The translations under genes were made by a program, and so were the position numbers. The notes below the pieces were generated by a model. The model had not been told where the DNA came from. It saw only the letters and a list, made by a program, of their open reading frames with translations, and did no database searches. This document shows, one piece after another, positions 51,107-61,500 of a stretch of 64,000 nt of DNA. Source of the DNA: a virus; IMG/VR virus record IMGVR_UViG_3300049459_000229, positions 23,831-87,830 of that record. One strand, 5' to 3'. Position 1 is the first letter of the stretch. Each line of letters starts with the position of its first letter.

Positions 51107-53319
51107 TATTGAATACCTGCGGTTAAGTGTACGCTGCCAGTCGACACGATGGCGCCTGACGATCTTAATCGAATGGACCAGTTGAACGCAATGGTCCTGT
51201 TCGTTCCAGTGGTAGAGGTGACGCTCCACGAGGCGCCACCAGCCAAGCTGTACCACACGCCGTAGCTGGAGCCAGAAGGGGCGACAGTGCCACCTGTCGA
51301 GCTGGTTGCCCGGATGTCGTAAAGCGACGCATCCCCGGTGCCGTTGGCCCATGGGCCGCTGTCGGTATATTTGTCGCTTGCTCCCCAGGAGAGTGTGCCG
51401 GCGCCGATGTCGTCATAGAGCCCATAGCTGTTGTAGCTTGGATAGGTGCTCGCGGCCGGGGCAGTCACCGTCAGGGTGGCCGAGCTGCTGTCCGTGTAGC
51501 TGGTGCCATTCCATGCCCGGCAAACGTAGATGAACGAACCTACCACGCTGGTATCGGCTGAGTGGCTGGAGCCGGATCCGACGCCGGTACCATTGCGATA
51601 CCACTGGTAGGAATCCGCTGGCGAGGCTGCCGCGGAAAACACCGCGCTGCCGTTCTGCACCACAGATTGGCTGGTTGGGTTGACCGAAAATACCGGGTAG
51701 GCCGGGGTGGGCGAGGAGACCGTCAGCGTGCGGTTCACCTCCTCCACCGTGTGAAAACTCCCGTCCGTATTCTCGGCGTGGAAGACGATGTTACCTCCAT
51801 TCATGTAAGAGGCAAGGGTCACCGTGGTCGAGCACGAGCCGTATCCGGAGGCCGAGATGCCTGGACCTGTGATCGTGCAGTACGGGGTCGGCGTCCCTGT
51901 GGCGGTCATGCTGAAGGTTGCTGAGTCACCCACATAGCCGCCAGCCGGGCCATTCGAGCTGGTGATGTGCACCGCCTCGACATTGTTCACGTAGAGGTAG
52001 GCGGTGGTGCTCTGCACCGTCCCCATGGCGTTGGACGCCACGCAATAGTAGCTGGTGCCATCGTTGCTGAGCGTGGCGCTGAAGGAGATCGACGTTCCTG
52101 TTGCGCCTGAGATGGCGACTCCGTTCTGGTACCACTGCAGAGCAGGTGTCGGATAGCCAGACACGGCCACCGAAAATGATACGGCATCACCCGGGTGCAC
52201 GCCCTTGCTGTTCGGCTGGGTCGTGAAGACCGGTGCCGAGCTGATCGGTGCAGGTATGCCTGTGATGTTTGAGGGCGACAGCTGGCTGACATCGGCCAGC
52301 ATGGTGTAGCGCCCAAGGCTGCCGCCTGCCACGTAAGTCGGCTTCGAGCTGGACGAGACCGACTTGCGATCGTCGAGCAGCACCCCAAGGGTTAGCTGAG
52401 TGCCGACGCGCTTGCCGACGCCGATATATACCGACTCGACATACAGCGCGCCGTTCACCGTGGTGGCCTGTTCGCGGTAAAACGGCACCGACATGCCCAA
52501 GGTGTAGCCTGCCGGCAGACTATAGGACGTGGTGTAGCCGTAGCCAGTATAAGACATCTGCAGCTCGCCCACCGTGCTCAGGCCCTCGATCGAGGCGTCG
52601 TAGGTGACCTGCTGGCTGGGGGTCAGCGCCTGTAGGGTGAACAGCGCGCCGGACGAGACCGGGTTATTGACCGCGTAGACGTGCAGCGAGGGCAGCTGGT
52701 AAGACGCAGCTTTCGTGTAGACCACCACTTCGACCAGGACGCTGCCCTCGCTGGCGAGGATGTACTCCCGGCGCAGCTGGTACCAGGTATCGCCGGTGCC
52801 GGAGTCCGGCAGGTTCATCAGGATCAGTTTGTCGGCGCCGGGGCGTAAGTTCACGGTGACCGAGTGCACGCTGGCGGTGTAGCCATCGGGCGTCATGTAG
52901 CTCAAGGTGGCGTTGGCGCCCAGCTGCACGGTGCCGGCGAACTGCGGCGCCGGGTACAGCGGATCTGCCAGCACATCGCCATTGTCGTTCGTCAGCTGGA
53001 GGCCGAACAGGTCGAGCGTGTCGATCTTCTTGCCGAAGACGTAGAGCACGGTGTCCTGCTGCCAGCCGCTGATCGACCAGGCCCATGAGATGGTCCCGTT
53101 GATGTCGCCGTTGGGTCCCACCTTGTCACCACCGCTGATCGTGTGCGCGCCGGCCCGGGCCGTGTAGATGCTCAGGTTCGCAGAGCGGGTGCTCGGATAA
53201 TACGCGGTGCCGCTCGAGCCGGCCGGGCAGACCAGCACGTCAAGCAGCACACCGCCTTTCGACAGCCCATTCGTCATGATCGAGCCGTTGGGGCGCATCA
53301 CCTCGTAGCCGAACGTCAT
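51106..53319 (-). CDS. Tail fibre/receptor-binding protein with immunoglobulin-like domains
   Basis: PVFTTQP...FSVAVSG.P.PALQWYQNG...YYCVASN and PVFSVNP...YQWYRNG...YVCRAWN Ig repeats. Confidence 0.8.
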   Translation of the reverse strand: MTFGYEVMRPNGSIMTNGLSKGGVLLDVLVCPAGSSGTAYYPSTRSANLSIYTARAGAHTISGGDKVGPNGDINGTISWAWSISGWQQDTVLYVFGKKIDTLDLFGLQLTNDNGDVLADPLYPAPQFAGTVQLGANATLSYMTPDGYTASVHSVTVNLRPGADKLILMNLPDSGTGDTWYQLRREYILASEGSVLVEVVVYTKAASYQLPSLHVYAVNNPVSSGALFTLQALTPSQQVTYDASIEGLSTVGELQMSYTGYGYTTSYSLPAGYTLGMSVPFYREQATTVNGALYVESVYIGVGKRVGTQLTLGVLLDDRKSVSSSSKPTYVAGGSLGRYTMLADVSQLSPSNITGIPAPISSAPVFTTQPNSKGVHPGDAVSFSVAVSGYPTPALQWYQNGVAISGATGTSISFSATLSNDGTSYYCVASNAMGTVQSTTAYLYVNNVEAVHITSSNGPAGGYVGDSATFSMTATGTPTPYCTITGPGISASGYGSCSTTVTLASYMNGGNIVFHAENTDGSFHTVEEVNRTLTVSSPTPAYPVFSVNPTSQSVVQNGSAVFSAAASPADSYQWYRNGTGVGSGSSHSADTSVVGSFIYVCRAWNGTSYTDSSSATLTVTAPAASTYPSYNSYGLYDDIGAGTLSWGASDKYTDSGPWANGTGDASLYDIRATSSTGGTVAPSGSSYGVWYSLAGGASWSVTSTTGTNRTIAFNWSIRLRSSGAIVSTGSVHLTAGIQ

Positions 53320-54038
53320 AGCGACGAACTCCCGACGCGGATGATGGCACCACTGCTGGACACCACCTTGAGCCCGCCGTCGCTGAGCTCGGAGCGCGCA
53401 CCGGAAAGCCCGGTCCTGAACGTGCCGAGGTACGACGTCAGCTTTGCGACGCTGGAGACGGTGATCAGCGAGCTGACGTTGCTATCGCTGATCGATCCGC
53501 TGACGTTGGTGCTGAGGTTGGCGCCCACGGTACTGGCCAGCACCCAGCTGGCGCCGGACTTGTAGTACAGGGTCAGGTTGTCAGTGGCGAAATAGAAGTC
53601 GCCGCTGCTGCCGGCCGGCCGATTGGCCAGCAGACCCTGCGCCGTGTTGTTGCGGGTCGCGTCCAGCGCGCCCTGGTAGCCAAGGCTGCCGATGGTCACT
53701 TGCGAGATCACGCGGCTGTCGGTATAAGTCACGCCGTTCGCGGTGAAGGTGGCCGTCACCGTCACGCTGCTGCTTCCCATGTCGGAGAAGTTGAGCGTGG
53801 CAATCAGCCCGGTCTGATCGATCGTCAGCGGGACCTGCGGCGAGGTCGTGAAGACCACGGTGCCGACCAGACTCAAGGGCGTAGCCACCAGCGTGACGAC
53901 CGACGGCGTGCCAGCGCCGTTGGCGCCGACCATCACGACGTTCGACGTGGCCGACAGGATCACGCCGCCGCGCGCCGCGATGGTGCGCGGCGACTCAGCC
54001 TGCAGGCGAGTATCGAAATCGTTGACAGGCGCGACCAT
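53316..54038 (-). CDS. Minor tail protein
   Basis: TGATG coupling; tail-tip position. Confidence 0.7.
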   Translation of the reverse strand: MVAPVNDFDTRLQAESPRTIAARGGVILSATSNVVMVGANGAGTPSVVTLVATPLSLVGTVVFTTSPQVPLTIDQTGLIATLNFSDMGSSSVTVTATFTANGVTYTDSRVISQVTIGSLGYQGALDATRNNTAQGLLANRPAGSSGDFYFATDNLTLYYKSGASWVLASTVGANLSTNVSGSISDSNVSSLITVSSVAKLTSYLGTFRTGLSGARSELSDGGLKVVSSSGAIIRVGSSSL

Positions 54039-55534
54039 CAGACCATGACTCCCACGGATGTGCGACCGACAGCCCACTTCGTGGTCATCGAGACCACAAG
54101 ACCGGTGGCGCCGGCGCTGAGGTTGTAGCGCGGATGGAACAGGCGCACAGCCTGTCCCAGCTGCAGCTGGAATAGCGAGGTGAAGCCATCGAACTGGAAC
54201 GTCGTGCGCGGCACCTTGCGGATGCCAAGCCTGCGCTGCGCTTCCGCGGTGGCGTCCGCCCGGCGCAACAACACGGTGGCTTCCTTCGATGGCTCCGTGG
54301 TGAGCTTATACAGTGTCTTGGTGGAAAGGTCCACTGCTTCCGTGTCGAGATACTCCACCCGCATCAGGGACAGGGCTTCGGCCGGCAGGCTGGTCGTCAG
54401 GTTCGCCTGTTGGGTGTAGTTCGGGCAGTAGGTGAGCTTCACGGACGCCTGCACCAGCTCGCGCGCGGAGGGCCAGATGCTGTGCTCGACCATGTGCTGC
54501 GGCTTGATGTCGAAGGTCGGGGCCAGGCTCGCGAAATCGATTTGCTGCAGCTGCAGCTGGCCGGCGCGCGAACAGGTCAGCTGCGCGGCCAGCGCGCCGG
54601 CGGCCTGCTGGATCACGGAGATGGTGTTGGTCGAGCCGGTGACGCTGACGCCGATCGGCTGCGGATGTGCGGCATCGAATGCGTTGAAGTTGGCGGTGTC
54701 GATCTCGGCCAGCGTGAAGCGGCTCTCGATGTAGCCATAGTTCATGGCGACGCGCTTGATGACGCCGGCCACCGTGTTGACATAGCCGCCATTGGCATCG
54801 CCCTGCACCGATGCAGTGATGGTGCCGGCCGGCGGGCTGACCAGGCGGAACGTGCCGTGCGCGTTGTCGACGATCAGGGCGGCCCAGCCGATGGCGTCGT
54901 TGGCGAGCGGCACGCCGTTGTCGCGCACCTCGATCAAGCCGTTCATGGCGCCGTCGTGCACCTGGTACTGCAGCGTGGTCGGCCCGATCAGCAGCGGCGT
55001 GACATTGACCACCTCGCCGAATGCCAGCGGCACGAGCGCGCCCTGGTTGGCCGTGGTGCCGCCCAGCAGGTGCTCGGAGATTGCCACGTTCAGCCGCTCA
55101 AGTTTGTCGCGGATCTTCAGGTTGATGGAGCTGCGCGATTTGTTGCCGATGTCGGCCGAGACGCCACTGAAGATCGTCTGGAAGTCGCTGCGCGGCCAGC
55201 GCACATCGCCAAACAGGACGGTGACCGGACGATTGGTCCAGACGTAGCCCAGCCACGGATCGTAGATGCCGTCGTCATTGCTTACGCCGATCTCACCGAT
55301 CGTCATGGTGGCGCTACCGTCAAGGGTGAGCTGCTCGGTGGTCTGCAGATCGTCGGCAATCAGCACGGCCTTATAGGGCTGGCTGGCCGGCGTGTCGGCC
55401 GCGGTGCTGGTGTACGGCAGAGTCGACAGGTAGAACGTGGTGTCGACCCCACTCACGCTGGCGACCGCCTCCACCAGCACCACGCGAATGGCTGTCGGGT
55501 CATTCAGCCAGGCCAGATACTGAGCGTTTGTCAT
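54038..55534 (-). CDS. Tail tip/baseplate hub-like protein
   Basis: Directly after the tape measure; VPLAFGEV.NV.P, EVRDNGVPL motifs. Confidence 0.75.
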   Translation of the reverse strand: MTNAQYLAWLNDPTAIRVVLVEAVASVSGVDTTFYLSTLPYTSTAADTPASQPYKAVLIADDLQTTEQLTLDGSATMTIGEIGVSNDDGIYDPWLGYVWTNRPVTVLFGDVRWPRSDFQTIFSGVSADIGNKSRSSINLKIRDKLERLNVAISEHLLGGTTANQGALVPLAFGEVVNVTPLLIGPTTLQYQVHDGAMNGLIEVRDNGVPLANDAIGWAALIVDNAHGTFRLVSPPAGTITASVQGDANGGYVNTVAGVIKRVAMNYGYIESRFTLAEIDTANFNAFDAAHPQPIGVSVTGSTNTISVIQQAAGALAAQLTCSRAGQLQLQQIDFASLAPTFDIKPQHMVEHSIWPSARELVQASVKLTYCPNYTQQANLTTSLPAEALSLMRVEYLDTEAVDLSTKTLYKLTTEPSKEATVLLRRADATAEAQRRLGIRKVPRTTFQFDGFTSLFQLQLGQAVRLFHPRYNLSAGATGLVVSMTTKWAVGRTSVGVMV

Positions 55535-58500
55535 CGGATAGCTACCTGGTTCGAGTTATTCCAGCTGGCCGCCTGGCTGGCGCTAGTGATGGCCTCGGCC
55601 ACGTCCTCACCGGTGTTGGCACCGGCCGTCATGACCGCTGCCACCTGCTGCTCAGCCTGCGTCTGCTGCTCCGTACGCAGGCCGATGATCTGGCCGTTCA
55701 AGCTCGTCAGCTGCGCGATCATTTGCGAATTCTGGGCAGCGATACCGACATACGGGTCAGACATGACCGTGGTTCGCGTCGAGGTATGGTCCGCGTACTC
55801 CGAGCTCTTCATCATGTCGCTGGCGACAGTCGATAGCGACGTGCCGTTCTGCATCGCCTGCAGCCAGAAGTTGAAGCCGGCGGCGTCCGGCGCGCGCCCC
55901 AGCACCTGCTGATACAGGTTGGTGAGCTGGTCGGCCATGCTAGTTGAGCTCGACGGAGTGGTGCCGTATTGCGTGCTTGGCGTCACGCTCGTCACCGGCG
56001 ATTGGCCCGAGGTGTGGCTGTAATACTCCGAGCTGTTCTTGAAGTTGTCGATGATCGTCGAGAACGGCGTACCGTTCTGCAGCGCCTGCATCCAGAAATC
56101 AAACCCGGCGGCGTCCGGCGTGCGGCCCAACAGCTCTTTGTAGAGCGAAATAAGCGCCGAGCTGTTGACCGAATCGTTCTTGCCGCCGGCCATGATGACC
56201 GCAAGGTTATTGATCGCCTCGACCACCGACAGAGTGGTGTTGTTGAGCGTGGTCAGCTGCTCGACCTGCTGGCGCAGCGCGGCAAGGTTTTGCTGCCCTT
56301 CGGTGACCTTGCCATCCGCCCAGTTCGCCATGGCGCTGGTCACAGCCAGCACGCGCTGGTAGTCGCTCTGGTAGGTGCTGTTCGACGCGTTCGCAGCCTT
56401 CGAGGCCTGCAGGAATGCCTGCGCCACCGACTGCAGGTTGCTCTGGGCGTCGGTGTCGCCAGCCTGCGCCTTGGCAAGCGTCGTGTTGAACTGCGACAGC
56501 GCAGCGCCATACTTGTCGGCCGGGTTCAGCGGCGACATGTCGCTCAGCTGGAGCGAATTGATGAAATTCTTCAGCGACAGGCTGAACGATTTCAGTTTGT
56601 CGATCGAGGACTGCAGGGCCGTGGCCTCGCCCTGGTAGGCGTTGGCCAGATCCTCGCGCGCGGTCGAGATCAGTTTCGCCTGCTGCAGCTGGTCGAACAG
56701 CAGCTGGTTGGCCGGGTCCAGCTGCGCGCGCGCGGCCGCATCCTTCTGGGCCTGCGTCATGAGCAGGTCGTCGATCTGGTCCTGCAGGTCCTTGGCCACG
56801 TCGGTGATAGCCTTGAACGCCGGCGCGATGCTCATCAGCTCCGTATAGGCCTCGGCACCGGCGGCGCCCATGGTGCCCATGGCAATGGTGACGTCAGCAA
56901 AATGCTTGACGGCGTCTGGGCCGATGGTCGACAGGCCGTATTTGACGAGAGTCGGATCGATCGCGGCGCGCGACGCTGCAGTCTGCTGGCCTTTCGTCAG
57001 GAAATTCTCAAAGAAGAAGCTGGCCTGCGAGGTGAACTTGTCGAGGCCGCCGGCCAGATCGATCAGGTGCTCGCGTGCGGCGATCGACTCCATGCCGACG
57101 CTGCTGAAGACGGTACCGAACGACTTGAACACGGCGTCCACCGCCTGATAGTCGGTAGCGACCCGGGCAAGTGTCTCGAGTGCTCCCTCGCCCGCCTTCG
57201 AGAACTGGGTGATGGTCGAGAACGCCGACTGCGCCATCTGGTCGCCCAGTTTCGAGAAGGCCGTCTGGATGGCAGCCTGCTGCTCAGAGCTGGACAGGTC
57301 CTTCAGGCTGATCTTGCCGAGGTCGATGACGAAGCCATTCAGCTTCGCGTCGAACTCGCTGCCCGACATGCCCAGCACCGCGCCGGCGGCCCGGATGGTG
57401 TCGCCGATGCTGGTGATCACCTGGGTGATGGCGCGGTTGGCCTCAGCCGCCAGCATGGTCGTCTTCGTGTCGTGGCTGTCCGAGCGGAACCAGCCACCAT
57501 CGGTGGTGACATCGGCGTAGGTCTGCGCGCTCGCGCCGCCAGCGGCGATCTGGCCCAATGTGGACTTTTGCAGCGTGAAGCCGGAATCGTCCAGCGTCTG
57601 CTTGCCGCCGAAGATGGCCGTCGAGATTTTGCCGATGATTGGCATCTTCGCCAGCGCGGCGCCCAACAGGCCACCGCCCAGCAGCCCGCCAGCGGTGGCC
57701 AGCGTCGTGGCAAAGCCGTTGTTGCTGTTCAGCTGGACTTCCGGGTTGGTGATGCTGGTGTTCTGCACCAGCAGGCCAGCAAAGTTCGAAAGGTTTGCCT
57801 CGATCGCCTGGAGCGACGCCAGCATGCCCATCGACACGTTCAAGTTGTTGTACGTGTTCTTGCTGACCAGCTCGAGAGACTTGGCGATCGAGTCGCTTTT
57901 AGCCTTCGGGTCGCCAGCGATGGTGCCGGTGCCGTTCTCTTCCTGCCGCTGCTGAGCATCGGTGGCGCCGCCACCGACGCCGCCCATGACGGCGAAGCCA
58001 AGGGACGCCATCGCCGCGGCCATGGCGGCCATGCGGATCCAAGCCGAGTACGGATCGCCCTGCGCCTGGGTGGCGACGGCTACAGCAGCCGCACTGGTGC
58101 CCTTGGCCATGTCGGCGGCAATCTGCGTCTCCGTGCCGGTCATCACTGCAGCGGATCGCGAAGCTTCACCACCCAGCACGGCAGCAGTCACACCGCCTTC
58201 CAGCGCGATCTTTTTGACTGCATTACCGACGGCCATGGCAAGCTCGTAGATCCGGAATGCCTGCTCGGCGGCGTGCAGGATCTTGTAGCCGTGGGAATTC
58301 GTGTCGAAGAATCCCTTGGCCGCCGTCGTCATCGAGCCATACGCCTTGACCTGAGCCGCAGCCATGTCCTCGGATGCCTGCTTCTGCGCTTCAGTGCCCC
58401 CATCGCTCTTTTCGAATTCTGCCTTGATATCCTGCACCTTGGCGCCGTATGCGGTCACGGAGGTCATCAGGCCGCCGATGGCGGCGCCGCCGCGGCCGAA

Positions 58501-61500
58501 GGCATCAGTCAGAGCCTGCGAAATAGTTTGTCCGATGCCGACCCACTCGTTGCGCAGATTGGCCGACATCTCCTGGATCTGCTTCAGGGCTTTCTGTGCA
58601 GCCTTTTGCTTGACCGGATCGTCGCCCGCGTCAGCTTGCATGACCAGCTGGTCTTCGGTCAGCTGCGGCAGCGCGTTGCGAATCGCGTCGCCCGCGCGCA
58701 GCTGGTTATTGACCACGGTCGACAGGCCGGTGCCTGGACCGTTCTGCAGCTTCAGATCGTTGAGTCTGGTCTTCAGCTTTTCGATGTCGGCGTTGAAATA
58801 GTTCTCGTCCATCTTGAAGATGGACGACTTCTCACCCTCCTCCTTCAGATTGAGCAGGAATTGCTTGTAGTTTTTCAGGCGCGCCTGATAAGACTTACCT
58901 TCAGCTGCCTCAATGTCGCTATCGAGATTTGCCAGCGTGCGGCCGTAGTCGGCCTCCCACTGCAGGTTGAATGCATCCTGCAGCTGGCCCTGCTCCGCAA
59001 GTGTCTTGGCCTGGTGGCTGAGCTTGGCACTATCCATGCGGTCGAGCGTATCCTCGAGCGCACGCTGGGCTGCACTGGTATCGCTGGCTTTCTGGGCCTC
59101 GGCAGAGTCGATCTTGCTCTGGAACTTCTGCTGCTGAGAAGGCTTGAGCGGGCCGGCGGCGGCGAGCTCCGCGCGCGCCACGTCCACAGCCTTCTGGTCG
59201 AGCGTCAGCTTCTTTTCCAGCTCGAGGTTGATCAGCTGGATGTCGCCCAGCTCGCCGCGCTTATTGGCCGACTTGGCGTTATCGATCTCCGTCTTCGTCA
59301 GCATCTGCTTCAGACGTAGCTCTTCCTGCAGCTGCTCGATGCGCACGCGTGCGCTGTCCTTGTCGCCGACGTCGACTTTGCTATTGCGCAGCGCGTTGCT
59401 CTGGTCCTGCAGCTGTTTCAGGTCGACGCGTATAGCGCTGATGCGATTCTGCTCGGCTTCCGGATCCGACAGGACTTTCGAGGTATCCAGCAGCTGCTTT
59501 TTCAGCGTCTCGGCCTGCGCGTGCACAGCACGGACGGCAGGGTTCTGCTGGTAGTATTCCTTTTGCGAGTTGGTCTGCATGCCGGCGTTGTAGAACTTAT
59601 CGAGTTCTTCACGCAGTTGCGCAGTAGCGTTGTGCACCCCCTGGACGGCCTTGGCCGGATTCAGAATCTTGTCGACTTGGTCCTGCTTGGCAAGCAGTCC
59701 GGCCAGATTCCGGTCCGCCTCGATGATCTGGGCCGACAGCTTCTGGTAGCCGGTGACCGAGCTGGTCATGATGCCCGGGCTGCCGGTCGGCAGCATCTGC
59801 GGATTGCGCAGATCGTTAGGATTCTTGCCCTTGGCCCTTGCTTCATTCTCAAGCTTGGTGACAGCTGCGCGCGCACTGTCGATATCCGACTGCGTCACCG
59901 TCTCTGGCGCGTTGTAGCGGCCTTCCCGGGCATTCCACAGAGCGTTGGATTTTTCCAGCTGCGCGATCTCGCGGTCCAGCGCCTCGCCGATCACATGCAA
60001 GGAGTTCGCGATCTTCTGGTTGGCCTGATCAGCCTGATCGGTGTTGTCGCGGAACAGCAGCCAGGCGGCGGCGGCCACGCCGGCAGCAATCGCGACGGCG
60101 CCCAGCACCGGCAGCAGTGCGGCTTCCCAGGCGACAGTGGCTGCGGTAGCGGCTTCGGTAGCGGCAGTCTGCGCGGCAACAGCGCCAGCTACCAACTCAG
60201 CGGAGGCACCGGCGCCAAGGTTCGCCGCGGTCACGGCGCCCAGCGCGGTCGTCTCGGCTACCGCGGCGGTGGTGTGTGCGGCGCTGGCCGTCACAGCGGC
60301 CATGACGAGCTCCGTAGTCGGGCCGAGTGCGCGCATGGCGACATAGCCGCCAGCGAGCAGCGTAACGACATCGAGATTTTCAACGAGCGCGCCGGTCAGG
60401 CGCGCGATGTTGGTCGAGAAATTCTGCAGGCCGGTCGAGGCGGAGCCGCCCGGCTTGAACATGTCGCCCAACGACAGGGCCACGCCTTGAATGAAGGGCG
60501 ACGCCTCCTGGAAGGAGCGGACAAAGCTGTTCTGCACTTCCACGCCAAGACGTTGGAAACCGCCGGTGGTGTCGTCCTCAAGCTTCTTGACCACGCCAGC
60601 CATGAAGCCGGTGGCAGTGGCTGCCTCCTCGGTTTTCTTTTTGAAGTCGTCGATGTTCTCCAGCGCCAACTGGGCTGACTTCACGCCGCGCACCGTGAAG
60701 ATGCTGCCCAGCAGATCAACCCGGGCACTATCGCTGTATTGCGATAGCGCGCCGCGCATCTCTTCCAGCAGCTGGGTCAGCGGCTTGAGCGCGCCCGAGG
60801 CCATCTGGGTCTCGACACCCAGCTCTTTCAGGGCCTTCTTGCCCTTCTCGGTCGGCTCATACAGACCGGTCAGCATGTTGGTCAGCGAGGTGCCAGCGGC
60901 GCCGCCCGTCACGTTGATCTTGGCCAGCAGGCCCAGCATCGCCGCGGTCTCCTCAATCGAGACCTTGAAGAGCGAAGCGACGGTCGAAGCCTGACGCATC
61001 GACTCGGTCATCGCCAGCACCGAGGTGTTCGAGTTCGCCGCGGTCACGGCGAAGATGTCGGCGATGCGACCGGCTTCGCTGTACGACAGGCCGAATGCGC
61101 TGGCGGCGCCGGTGGCGGCCAGCGCGGCCTGGCCGACCGTCATCTCACCGACGGTCGCAAGGTCGAGGATGCTCGGCAGTACCTGCAGCGACTGCGCCGC
61201 GTTTAGGCCGTTCTGGGCCAGCATGCGCATCGCGTTTGCGCCCTCGATCAGTGAGCGCAGCGAGCCGTCGGAGACGCTCAGGAACTGGTCGAGGTTGACG
61301 CTGCTCTTGGTCAGCGCCAGCACGTTGGTCAGCTGATGCTCGACCTCGGCGCCGACAGTGACCACACTCTTGAGGCTGGCGGCGATGGCCGCGCCGGCGG
61401 CCAGCGGGATGAGCGAGCCATAGGTCAGCCACAAGCCGCCGAGCGAGCCGGCAAGGCCTCGTGCCAGGCTGTGCGCTTCTTGCATCGCCTGGTTGTGGCT

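Noticed and set aside
49431-53319. Diversity-generating retroelement or invertible tail-fibre switch
   Set aside because: No reverse transcriptase, invertase or TR/VR repeat pair seen in the window
55969-59319. 1116-aa plus-strand ORF, and similar long antisense ORFs at 18745-21102, 27716-29446, 34621-36555 and 43571-45469
   Set aside because: Shadow ORFs opposite well-supported genes; expected from high-GC codon bias, with no motifs or RBS
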